DNA of 64,000 bases from positions 1-64,000 of IMG/VR virus record IMGVR_UViG_3300032236_001859; one strand, given 5' to 3'. Under the pieces are notes generated by a model that was not told the origin of the DNA, made no database searches, and was given only the letters and a program-made list of their open reading frames with translations. The position numbers and the translations under genes were made by a program. Positions within the stretch are counted from its first letter, which is position 1, and each line of letters starts with the position of its first letter. Shown in pieces: positions 55,867 to 63,420 of this stretch.

Positions 55867-56337
55867 TCAATAGTAGGGACAGATGAACTCGATTTCTCGT
55901 GGGGTCACCAGATTGACATCTACGGCTAGGGGCCACTCCACCCAGGCCTTGATGAGCCAGGAGTTACATGTCAGGTAACCCCTCCAGTCAACTCGCTTCA
56001 ACTTGAGACGGTACTGGGAACGCCCAAACGGACCCGCCTGTGGGGTCTGAGTATATGTCGAGAGATATCGGGCGACCACCGCTGGTGTTGGTTTCACGAA
56101 GCGGGTCCACTCGAATCGCTCGGGGACCTCGACATCCCAGATAAACCCCGTGAGAGTGGCGACAACACGTGGGATATTGCCATCCCGACGTTCGACATAA
56201 TCGGGGTGGGCTTTCTTCCAGAGGGCGACATCCATCTGGGCTTTGGGGAGCGAGTGCCGCGGGGGTCTCATGCGAAGAACCCGCTGACCCTCGGTGATAA
56301 CACAGCAAAACGATGGCGCAGGTGTGCAGAGTTTCAT
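55867..56337 (-). CDS. hypothetical protein (156 aa)
   Basis: AGGAG RBS. Confidence 0.7.
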   Translation of the reverse strand: MKLCTPAPSFCCVITEGQRVLRMRPPRHSLPKAQMDVALWKKAHPDYVERRDGNIPRVVATLTGFIWDVEVPERFEWTRFVKPTPAVVARYLSTYTQTPQAGPFGRSQYRLKLKRVDWRGYLTCNSWLIKAWVEWPLAVDVNLVTPREIEFICPYY

Positions 56338-56636
56338 GGGATCTCCTGGGGCCTACTGTAGGGCTTCTTGACTTCATCTGGGCATTTCCCGCATTGCAGG
56401 CAACACCCCGTGGTGAGTGAGCGGAGATGACAGTGCGAACAGACCCCGTGATCACTGACACGTTTTAGGGCCTCCTTGGGCTTCACCCCGGGGCGAAGCT
56501 GGTAGACCCACTTGAGTGGGTCGAAGACAAAGAACTCGGCGAGAGCAGCGGCGCGTAGCTTCTTGAGAACCGCAGAAGACGGCTTCCCTGTACGCGAGTG
56601 CTTCAAGGCCTCGGCGTAGCAAAGCGGCAGTCTCAT
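56334..56636 (-). CDS. basic Zn-finger protein, tandem paralog A
   Basis: GKPS...LR...EFF...DHGVCSHC...CLQCG..PD.VK.PY. Confidence 0.8.
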   Translation of the reverse strand: MRLPLCYAEALKHSRTGKPSSAVLKKLRAAALAEFFVFDPLKWVYQLRPGVKPKEALKRVSDHGVCSHCHLRSLTTGCCLQCGKCPDEVKKPYSRPQEIP

Positions 56637-56980
56637 TTCTTCGCCTTCGCCTTTGGTTTGTATGGGGACTTAACCTTGTCGGGGTCGGCACCACACATAC
56701 AGCATGTCCCCGCTGTGATGGCCCGGTGCAGGCAGGCAGGGCAGACCCCGTGATCCGGCCAGTACCGCAGGGCTTCACTGGGGTCGACACCATCACGAAG
56801 TCGGAAAACCATGGCGCCAACGCTGTGGCCGAAAACAACAGATTCTTTGGCGTATTCAAAGAACTCGGAGAAGACCGCACGACGCAGTCTCCGGATCGCA
56901 TGACCCGAGGGTTTGCCACGCTTGGAGCGTCTCAGCGCGATGAGGTAACAAGGTGTACCATCGGGAAAACGTGTTTTCAT
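56633..56980 (-). CDS. basic Zn-finger protein, tandem paralog B
   Basis: GKPS...LR...EFF...DHGVCPAC...CCMCG..PD.VK.PY; AAGGAGG RBS before ATG 56980. Confidence 0.8.
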   Translation of the reverse strand: MKTRFPDGTPCYLIALRRSKRGKPSGHAIRRLRRAVFSEFFEYAKESVVFGHSVGAMVFRLRDGVDPSEALRYWPDHGVCPACLHRAITAGTCCMCGADPDKVKSPYKPKAKAKK

Positions 56981-56990
56981 AGAGCCTCCT

Positions 56991-57269
56991 TTAACGAAGG
57001 GATAATGATTGTGGCCCCGGGCGGACCCCCGCGGGTTTCCCGCGACTCCGGAGTTCCCGGACGCCCTCGGCGAACTCAGGGGTGTTCCGGGGATCCTTAC
57101 AGCCCCGGTAGAGTGCCGCGCGGCCCCCGGGTGGGTAGAATCCAACATCGGGGTACTGACGGGTATCCGGGGTGGCCCGAATGATCTTGTTGTTGTGGCG
57201 ATACACCCGGGTGCCATCGGGCTCAACCCCGACCAAGACCTTGGTGCTGTTGCGATGAAAGGGTCTCAT
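56991..57269 (-). CDS. hypothetical protein
   Basis: AAGGAG RBS and ATGA overlap at 57269. Confidence 0.65.
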   Translation of the reverse strand: MRPFHRNSTKVLVGVEPDGTRVYRHNNKIIRATPDTRQYPDVGFYPPGGRAALYRGCKDPRNTPEFAEGVRELRSRGKPAGVRPGPQSLSLR

Positions 57270-57601
57270 TTTGTTGCTCCTTTGAGCATGGCGTAGAACT
57301 GCCGAATCTTCAGGGCCCCCGTTGGCGACATGCGACCATCTGGTTTCACCTCGTAGAGGAGCCCGTAACCCTTGGAGTACCCCACTAGAACAGAATAAGG
57401 CTCTCCATCCCTGAAACCGGGGGACCTCACAGTGGCCGTTGGTTTTCGGTAGATGAAGAGGACGCCCTCGGGATCCCGCCACAGCGCGAAGGATCTCAGG
57501 GTATCGCCGGCATGCGCCATGTTCTGCCGACTGAAAAAGCGACCCCCAGCGGCGATGTTGGCGGCGCGGACCTCACTTACTGTTTTGAACACGGCCCCCA
57601 T
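57266..57601 (-). CDS. hypothetical phage protein (111 aa)
   Basis: VRAANIAAGGRFFSR; stop/start abut neighbours. Confidence 0.7.
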   Translation of the reverse strand: MGAVFKTVSEVRAANIAAGGRFFSRQNMAHAGDTLRSFALWRDPEGVLFIYRKPTATVRSPGFRDGEPYSVLVGYSKGYGLLYEVKPDGRMSPTGALKIRQFYAMLKGATK

Positions 57602-58071
57602 TACGCACCCCCTTTCGGTAAAGGTTTCTGGACAGCCCCCTCAGGCATGTAACCGTACCGCGCCGCCTTCTCCTGACCCCAGGGATCCAGGGAATCCCAG
57701 ACCTTGAGGCGTTTCTTCAGAGAGGTCCGCAGCACGGGGTGATCCGCCCAACGCTTGGTATCCGCAAGCCAGGAGATCATCTTCTGGCGATGACTCTCCG
57801 CTTTGGTGAACCGGGTGTGGCGCTCGATGTCCGCTGGGGTCAGGAGATCCAGGGCCTCCATGCACTTGAAAAGTTCGGGGATCCAGTCCTCGCAGCCATC
57901 ACAGTACACCCACACCGATAGTGCGCGGACGTTGGTGTAGACCCGGCCGGACTTCGAGAGCGCGACTACAACATCGCCGACACGGGCGATGCGGGCCTGG
58001 ATCGGGGTGCGCGGGAACCTGAAGAACTGAGTCTTCTTGATGGCTTCAACAGGTGAACTGATTTTTCCCAT
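57601..58071 (-). CDS. hypothetical protein (156 aa)
   Basis: AAGGA RBS; CxxC. Confidence 0.7.
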   Translation of the reverse strand: MGKISSPVEAIKKTQFFRFPRTPIQARIARVGDVVVALSKSGRVYTNVRALSVWVYCDGCEDWIPELFKCMEALDLLTPADIERHTRFTKAESHRQKMISWLADTKRWADHPVLRTSLKKRLKVWDSLDPWGQEKAARYGYMPEGAVQKPLPKGGA

Positions 58072-58118
58072 GACGTTAATCCTTCTGGGTTAAGTAGGTT
58101 TATTTGGACTATAAACTA

Positions 58119-58152
58119 GATGAGGTGAATACCACGCGGTATCCACCTCATC
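58119..58152 (-). terminator. terminator-like hairpin after the ankyrin gene
   Basis: 15-bp stem whose single mismatch is a G-U pair on the minus strand; AT-rich TAGTTTATAG follows. Confidence 0.65.
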
Positions 58153-58173
58153 GGAGCCCCTGAAAACGGGAAA

Positions 58174-58863
58174 TCACTTTTTCTGAGACGCCTTCTTGTA
58201 CTTCTCCGTGAAGGCCTCTGACTTCAACTCGGTGCCTGTCTTGGCGCCTTTGCTGCGCAGGAACTTGACGATGCCAGAGGGATCCGTGTCGTCTTCCTTG
58301 CAGCACTTATGGAAGTTACTCTCACCCCGCATCGCGAAGTCGAGTGCGGTGGCCCCTACGCGATCCACCTGATTGATGACTGCACCTTTCTCGACCATGT
58401 GCTTGATCATGTCGAGTTGGTAGGGGCGACCAGCGGCCTGCATGAAAGGGGTGACCCCAAATGAGTCCGCTGTCTTCCAGCCCACGGGGTCTATGGCCTC
58501 GCACGCCTTGAAGACGGACACGTGTGCGTACTGGGCTACATGCAGCCACCCATTACAAGCCCACTTCCCCGCATATCTGGGATCCGGAGTCGGCACGCTC
58601 TCCCGGACATCCAAAATGGGCACCGTCGCCGAGAGCGCCTTGGGGTCCGTGGCCAAGAGATCCAGTAAGGCTTGGGCGTCTCGGTTGTAGATACACAGCA
58701 TCGCTGGGGAAACATCCACCCAGGTTCGTGGGCGTTCCGCGAAATACTGCTCGCGAGTTTTTGATGGGCGATAGACATCCTGGGGCTTCCATTCATAGGA
58801 GTAGGTCGCCGCGTTGACCCCTAGCCCGAGGAGGGCGAGGAAAACAAGAATTGATTTAATCAT
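58174..58863 (-). CDS. secreted ankyrin-repeat protein
   Basis: Signal peptide MIKSILVFLALLGLGVNA; DSFGVTPFMQAA...MVEKGAVINQVDRVGATALDFA; IVKFLRSKGA. Confidence 0.85.
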   Translation of the reverse strand: MIKSILVFLALLGLGVNAATYSYEWKPQDVYRPSKTREQYFAERPRTWVDVSPAMLCIYNRDAQALLDLLATDPKALSATVPILDVRESVPTPDPRYAGKWACNGWLHVAQYAHVSVFKACEAIDPVGWKTADSFGVTPFMQAAGRPYQLDMIKHMVEKGAVINQVDRVGATALDFAMRGESNFHKCCKEDDTDPSGIVKFLRSKGAKTGTELKSEAFTEKYKKASQKK

Positions 58864-58891
58864 GGCTGATCCTTTCAGGATTCAGGGTTTA

Positions 58892-59767
58892 TTAGGACGG
58901 GGTTTCTTCATAAGGCAAGGCATCGGCGCCACCATGGCCATTCTTGCACGTGAAGCCCGAGGGAGTCCAGAACTGGGGTTCCCGACACTGGCAACACAGG
59001 GCAAGACGGATTTGAGAACGGTCACTTACTGGAATCGCGTATCCATAGTCATCGAGAACCTCTGCCTTCGCGGAAACACGAGAGCGTTCGTCTTGATCAC
59101 AATGAAAGAATCTCATCGCGGGGGCAGCACCATGTGCAACCGCATAACAAAGTCTTCCAAGCATGGGACTGGGTCTCACCGCGTAGACCCGGGACAACAA
59201 GGGCACCCCGTAGATCTCACCAACACTGGGGGGTGCCACGGGGGTGCAGACGCGTTGGGCACCCCTGGTGACGACGACACCCCATTCGATGTGGCTGGCA
59301 AGACTACGGAGCAGGGAGTTCACGGCTTCAGTAAGTGAGACAGCGGCGCCACCAAATAATGCGTGGCTCCGCGACATCGGATCGTTTACCTTGTTGTCCA
59401 CCGTGAGCTGCCATTGATTACCTCGGGTGTCATAGGTGATCTCGACACGGCAGTCACCTTCGATGCCTGAGACCGCCTCCATGATCCGGTCGATCTCGGA
59501 GTCACCATAGGGCACCCCCAAAACAGGGGCCTGGGACCTCGCCATTTTCGATTCTAGCTCGTTTGAGGCCTCGGAGAGGGAATCCCCCCACTTCAGGAAA
59601 TCGACGTCGGGGACGCCTAGGATCGCGGCGGCGAGGGCTTCGAGGGTGATCAGGGAGTCGACTTGCAGCCGCGCCGGAGCTGCGGCGAGATCGAGGACAC
59701 TCCGGGGGAGATGAAACGTGGTCCCATTGGGGAGTCTGAAGTAAGCGAAACGAGAGTCTTCGTTCAT
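58892..59767 (-). CDS. hypothetical protein with C-terminal Zn-ribbon-like motif
   Basis: CCQCREPQ...TCKNGH; ATGA overlap. Confidence 0.75.
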   Translation of the reverse strand: MNEDSRFAYFRLPNGTTFHLPRSVLDLAAAPARLQVDSLITLEALAAAILGVPDVDFLKWGDSLSEASNELESKMARSQAPVLGVPYGDSEIDRIMEAVSGIEGDCRVEITYDTRGNQWQLTVDNKVNDPMSRSHALFGGAAVSLTEAVNSLLRSLASHIEWGVVVTRGAQRVCTPVAPPSVGEIYGVPLLSRVYAVRPSPMLGRLCYAVAHGAAPAMRFFHCDQDERSRVSAKAEVLDDYGYAIPVSDRSQIRLALCCQCREPQFWTPSGFTCKNGHGGADALPYEETPS

Positions 59768-60084
59768 CGGGGGACCTCGGCTTCACAGCGTACGGGGGTG
59801 GATGCACTGGGGGAGACCTGAACAAACCCGTATTGGAAGGCTCGCAACCATTCCTGGCCGGTCTTGGTGTCCCGTAGGAGATACACTGGGTTGGGGTAAC
59901 TGAAGCCTGATGGGGTCACCTGTGTTTCTACGAAACGAGTGTACTCCACGGGAACCGGGGCCTCTTTAGATTTTGGTTTTGATGACGCTGCCCCGTGTAT
60001 CGCCGTGATAAGCAGCACACCAAGAACAGCGGCAATCGCAATTAAGATCAAGATCTCGATAAGGGTGAATGCGGATGATTTCAT
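59764..60084 (-). CDS. prepilin-type N-terminal cleavage/methylation domain protein
   Basis: MKSSA|FTLIEILILIAIAAVLGVLL with conserved F1 and E5; AGGAGG RBS; ATGA overlap with sbcD stop. Confidence 0.8.
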   Translation of the reverse strand: MKSSAFTLIEILILIAIAAVLGVLLITAIHGAASSKPKSKEAPVPVEYTRFVETQVTPSGFSYPNPVYLLRDTKTGQEWLRAFQYGFVQVSPSASTPVRCEAEVPR

Positions 60085-61211
60085 TGGACCTCCTGGAGGA
60101 AGCGTTGGCGTGCGGATTCAATCTTGGCGACGATGCCTTCCTTGCCTTGGGTGCCATCGAGGAGATCGAGGGCGAGACCATGGGCGCGGGGGTCATCTTC
60201 GGGCTTCAAGAATCCAGACACGAAGGTGGTGATCTCGGGGACGCCTTCGGCGGCCACACTGGGATCAAAGGTGATCGCGGCCTTCTGGGATCCCGTGAAC
60301 TTGGGGACCACGAAGACATCTGACTTCGCGGCCTTGATGGTGTCCGCGAGGATCTCCGGCGCCGAGACAATTGAGTTGTCATAGGTGACGTAGATGACAC
60401 CAGGCAGCTTGGTCTCTTCTTGGTTGGCATCGGCGTGGGCAATGAACTCCCGAATCGAGGTCATCAGACCTTCGATGTTATCTGCGGTCACCGCGAACTG
60501 GCAGATCGAACGGGAGCGAATCGGGGCGCGTTCAAAGACGCCACCGGGATGCCGGAGCAACACAGACTTGGGATGCCTGGCCTCATTGATAGACCTCGTG
60601 GTCATCGCACCGGTGTAACCAGCCCAGCGAGTCCCGGATCGTGGACCTCCCCAGGGCTCATGAATATCGGACATCACGATGTCGCCGGCTAACTCGGGTA
60701 CCCAGTCGAGATCCAGGCTCCAACAACCCTCGATATCCAGGTACTGCTTACACGCCTGGTGCATGACGATGACATCGCTGGGGACCCCATTGGAACCCAC
60801 CTCGGCGAGCTTGGCGGCGAGGTCATCTCGTGAGGTGTAATCGAAGGCGCGTACTGCGGTACCCGCGATCTCTCTGAGATGACCATCACCGATCCAGTGG
60901 GCATCACCGGAGACCGCTTGGCCCCAGGACAACACCCGCTTGTCATGATTACCCTGGATGAAGGAGACAGAGGTGCCCTGTTCACTGGCACGCTCCACGA
61001 AGTCTCTGAACTTGTAGACCAAGGCGGGATGAGGATCCGGAGAATCAAAGATATCACCGGGTAGTATGAGGTCCCGGATATCCCGAGACTTGCATACCTT
61101 TAGGATCTCGGAGAGTCCGAGATCACTGTCACCTGTGATCTCTCTTCGAGACTCCCAGATCGTGAACGAGAGGTGTAAATCGCCAATAAAAGCGATGGTA
61201 GAAGGCTTCAT
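60081..61211 (-). CDS. sbcD: SbcD/Mre11-like metallophosphoesterase nuclease
   Basis: GDLHL, PGDIFD, QGNHD, MHQ, SDIH, YTGA; AAGGAG RBS. Confidence 0.9.
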   Translation of the reverse strand: MKPSTIAFIGDLHLSFTIWESRREITGDSDLGLSEILKVCKSRDIRDLILPGDIFDSPDPHPALVYKFRDFVERASEQGTSVSFIQGNHDKRVLSWGQAVSGDAHWIGDGHLREIAGTAVRAFDYTSRDDLAAKLAEVGSNGVPSDVIVMHQACKQYLDIEGCWSLDLDWVPELAGDIVMSDIHEPWGGPRSGTRWAGYTGAMTTRSINEARHPKSVLLRHPGGVFERAPIRSRSICQFAVTADNIEGLMTSIREFIAHADANQEETKLPGVIYVTYDNSIVSAPEILADTIKAAKSDVFVVPKFTGSQKAAITFDPSVAAEGVPEITTFVSGFLKPEDDPRAHGLALDLLDGTQGKEGIVAKIESARQRFLQEVQ

Positions 61212-61243
61212 TATGGAACTCCTTGTCTAGTAGATGGTTAAAC

Positions 61244-61486
61244 TGAAAAGCATCACATATGGTCCTTTAATATATCTAACTTCCAACAGCCAACAGCCCA
61301 CCAACCGTGGCGCCGACACCACCGGAGGTGGCGATGGTGACGACCAAGATCAGTGAAATTCACACGTCGAGGATTTCGACATCACGGCCTCCACCGGTGG
61401 TGGCGCCACGCGCAGCGGGCGCGGATGTCTGGCTGTTGGCTATCTGGAGGTTAGATATATTAAAGGACCGTATGTGATGCTTTTCA
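61244..61486. repeat. 243-bp compound inverted repeat
   Basis: Outer arms ~55 bp (TGAAAAGCATCACATA[T/C]GGTCCTTTAATATATCTAAC...AGCCAACAGCC) with few differences; inner degenerate arms CGTGGCGCC..ACCACCGG; two small hairpins in the centre. Confidence 0.9.
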
Positions 61487-61510
61487 AGTCTTGAGAACAT
61501 TTTGTTCACC

Positions 61511-62422
61511 TTAGTGAACAACTGGGGCCTCAGGAGATTTGACCCCTCCGGTGTCTAAGATTTCAACACTTTGGGATTTCTTCTCCTTCATCGAGAGCGC
61601 GTAGAACTGCTTCCCTAGATGTACTTTTTTAGGGATTACTGGGAGAGCGGCGTGGTGCATGAAGTCACTGATTACCTTCACCGGGGACATCACATGCTCC
61701 CTCCACTCCGTTAGCATCTCGGCATCCTTACAGGGGGTATCGAAGATAAAGCCGTAGTTCCCGATTGGAGTCGGGACTACCCCGGACTCCGAACACATCA
61801 CTGGGATCGACTTGTATCTACCCCCTCCAGAATCAGAGAAGATACCACGGTACCTGAACCCAAGGTTGGTGAGTTCATCGTAGGTCACAGGAGCCGAGTA
61901 GCCCTCCTCCAATTGGGTGATCTCCAGTGACCACACCAAAGGGGTGAGGCTACGGACATAGCGCGCCCGGAATGCCTCCCAGGCCTTATCGGCATCCCTG
62001 GAGTCAAACTCGCGCAATGGAAACGTGCTGGACTCCCGGTAGATCCACCGCGGAGGCGCCGGGGTCTTGGTGAGGGTGTCACGGATGACGAGTTCCCTTT
62101 TGAGCCAGCACGACGGACACAGGGGGTGGCGACAGTACCCTTCGGTGTCGGCATCATGGATGATGTGGATACCTCTACAATGCTTTTTGGTGACGTCGCC
62201 GAAGGCACGGGCATTGAAGGCTTGCTGCATGGCGCAGAACCCGCGTAGGAACTCACGGGTGAGGTTTTCGTGGTGGTTACCAATCATGTCCACGGCGAGG
62301 TCATAATAAACCCCTAGAGGATCCTCTAGGGGTAGACAGTCATTCTCGGGGTTGTTCTTCTCGGAGCTCCGCTCACCCTTTTGGTGCTTGCGGGCCCCCC
62401 AGGTTGGTGGTGGCGGTTTCAT
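61511..62422 (-). CDS. Rep_1 (rolling-circle initiator)-like protein, apparently lacking HUH histidines; start uncertain (62422 or 62551)
   Basis: YCRHPLCPSCWLKR resembles the Rep_1 Zn motif; WEAF...SLEIT followed by GFRYRGIF where H-x-H is expected. Confidence 0.5.
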   Translation of the reverse strand: MKPPPPTWGARKHQKGERSSEKNNPENDCLPLEDPLGVYYDLAVDMIGNHHENLTREFLRGFCAMQQAFNARAFGDVTKKHCRGIHIIHDADTEGYCRHPLCPSCWLKRELVIRDTLTKTPAPPRWIYRESSTFPLREFDSRDADKAWEAFRARYVRSLTPLVWSLEITQLEEGYSAPVTYDELTNLGFRYRGIFSDSGGGRYKSIPVMCSESGVVPTPIGNYGFIFDTPCKDAEMLTEWREHVMSPVKVISDFMHHAALPVIPKKVHLGKQFYALSMKEKKSQSVEILDTGGVKSPEAPVVH

Positions 62423-62631
62423 CGAGCCGTCCTTTGGGGTCCAGGCGACAGACCATGTTTGGGGTCCGGATGCGATCCGTGGACGCCACAGTGGGATCTG
62501 AGAGCGGGGACCGATATCTCGGGGTGGGATAGGCGCGGTGGAGTACCGCACGAGGACTCTGTGATAAGTACATGGAAACAGTCTACAGCGTTGAGACTTT
62601 TGGGCCAGCTATGAAGTTTTCGTAGCACTGC

Positions 62632-63126
62632 CTATGCGGAGATGAAAAGGCCTGTGCGACGATGAAAAGTACCCCCTTTGGCTAGATGAGCCTTAATGCT
62701 GCGGCGAGTCATCGTCTCCTGTGCAAGAGACCACAGACCTCTATCTGGGTGGTAAACAAAGGCAACGCCTGCTTGGATATCCCTCCAGATCTCCTCGACA
62801 TCTGTGACGAGAATGTTGACCTCTGGTCTGGGGAGATCAGGGCGTGGAATCGCAGTGGGTTCGTTGATCCCATTTTTGCGATCGACAAGATGACCATTGG
62901 CATGCAGGCCTTCGGCGATTTCGCGTGCGCGCTCTTCGAGGACCTCGATGGCCACAGCGGTGAATGCAATTCGGAGCCCTGCGGCATTGGCGAGCTCCCC
63001 CAGCTTCTTGATGTAGGCCTCAAATGAGAAGCGTAATGCGTCGACGTCACAGCGGCGGTCGAGTTCGGCACGCAAGAGGTCCCCTGGGTACTTGGCGAGT
63101 TCATGCGGAATTGGTCTGTCAGACAT
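62632..63126 (-). CDS. hypothetical protein (164 aa)
   Basis: AAAGGAG RBS; AT-rich upstream. Confidence 0.75.
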   Translation of the reverse strand: MSDRPIPHELAKYPGDLLRAELDRRCDVDALRFSFEAYIKKLGELANAAGLRIAFTAVAIEVLEERAREIAEGLHANGHLVDRKNGINEPTAIPRPDLPRPEVNILVTDVEEIWRDIQAGVAFVYHPDRGLWSLAQETMTRRSIKAHLAKGGTFHRRTGLFISA

Positions 63127-63206
63127 GTGAGTCTCCTTTGAATAGAGTTTATAGAAAATCTGGGGTTGACTCGCCTAGTACGGCATAGGTGGGTCAACGG
63201 GGGCCA

Positions 63207-63341
63207 CTAACCCCTCCAGATGTGGCCACGGAAGCCAGTAAATGCCCAGCCGATGAATACCACGGCCAGGAAAATAAGGGCTAACTTGATTAGGATCTGT
63301 GCGAGTGCGACGAGCACGAGCACTTTGATGATAGTCGCCAT
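63207..63341 (-). CDS. small membrane protein (44 aa)
   Basis: MATIIKVLVLVALAQILIKLALIFLAVVFIGWAF; AAGGA upstream. Confidence 0.65.
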   Translation of the reverse strand: MATIIKVLVLVALAQILIKLALIFLAVVFIGWAFTGFRGHIWRG

Positions 63342-63403
63342 ACGAGGTCCTTGCGGTGCAGGGCACCCAGGAGGTGAGGGCTCTGGCATCACTGCCATGC
63401 CGG

Positions 63404-63418
63404 ATTACCATGAGTCAA
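63404..63418 (-). promoter_or_regulatory. variant of the conserved motif at the strand-divergence point
   Basis: ATTACCA-T-GAGTCAA; minus strand TTGACT points into the leftward gene block. Confidence 0.35.
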
Positions 63419-63420
63419 CC

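Noticed and set aside
61244-61486. Inverted repeat as an IS/MITE end pair or protelomerase site
   Set aside because: No transposase or target-site duplication seen; telRL-type sites are perfect palindromes without a long spacer, and no protelomerase is in the window.
9204-63165. GGGGTTGA octamer at several intergenic sites (~9210, ~32160, ~39943, ~63157)
   Set aside because: Mixed orientations and further copies in coding regions; not separable from chance without genome-wide statistics.
1-63400. Many long plus-strand and alternative-frame ORFs (e.g. 109..786, 21609..22436, 24980..25717, 27371..28321, 30165..30941, 34945..35673)
   Set aside because: They lie antisense to or out of frame with motif-bearing genes; long shadow ORFs are expected at this GC3. 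Only the 5984..6448 frame has independent support.
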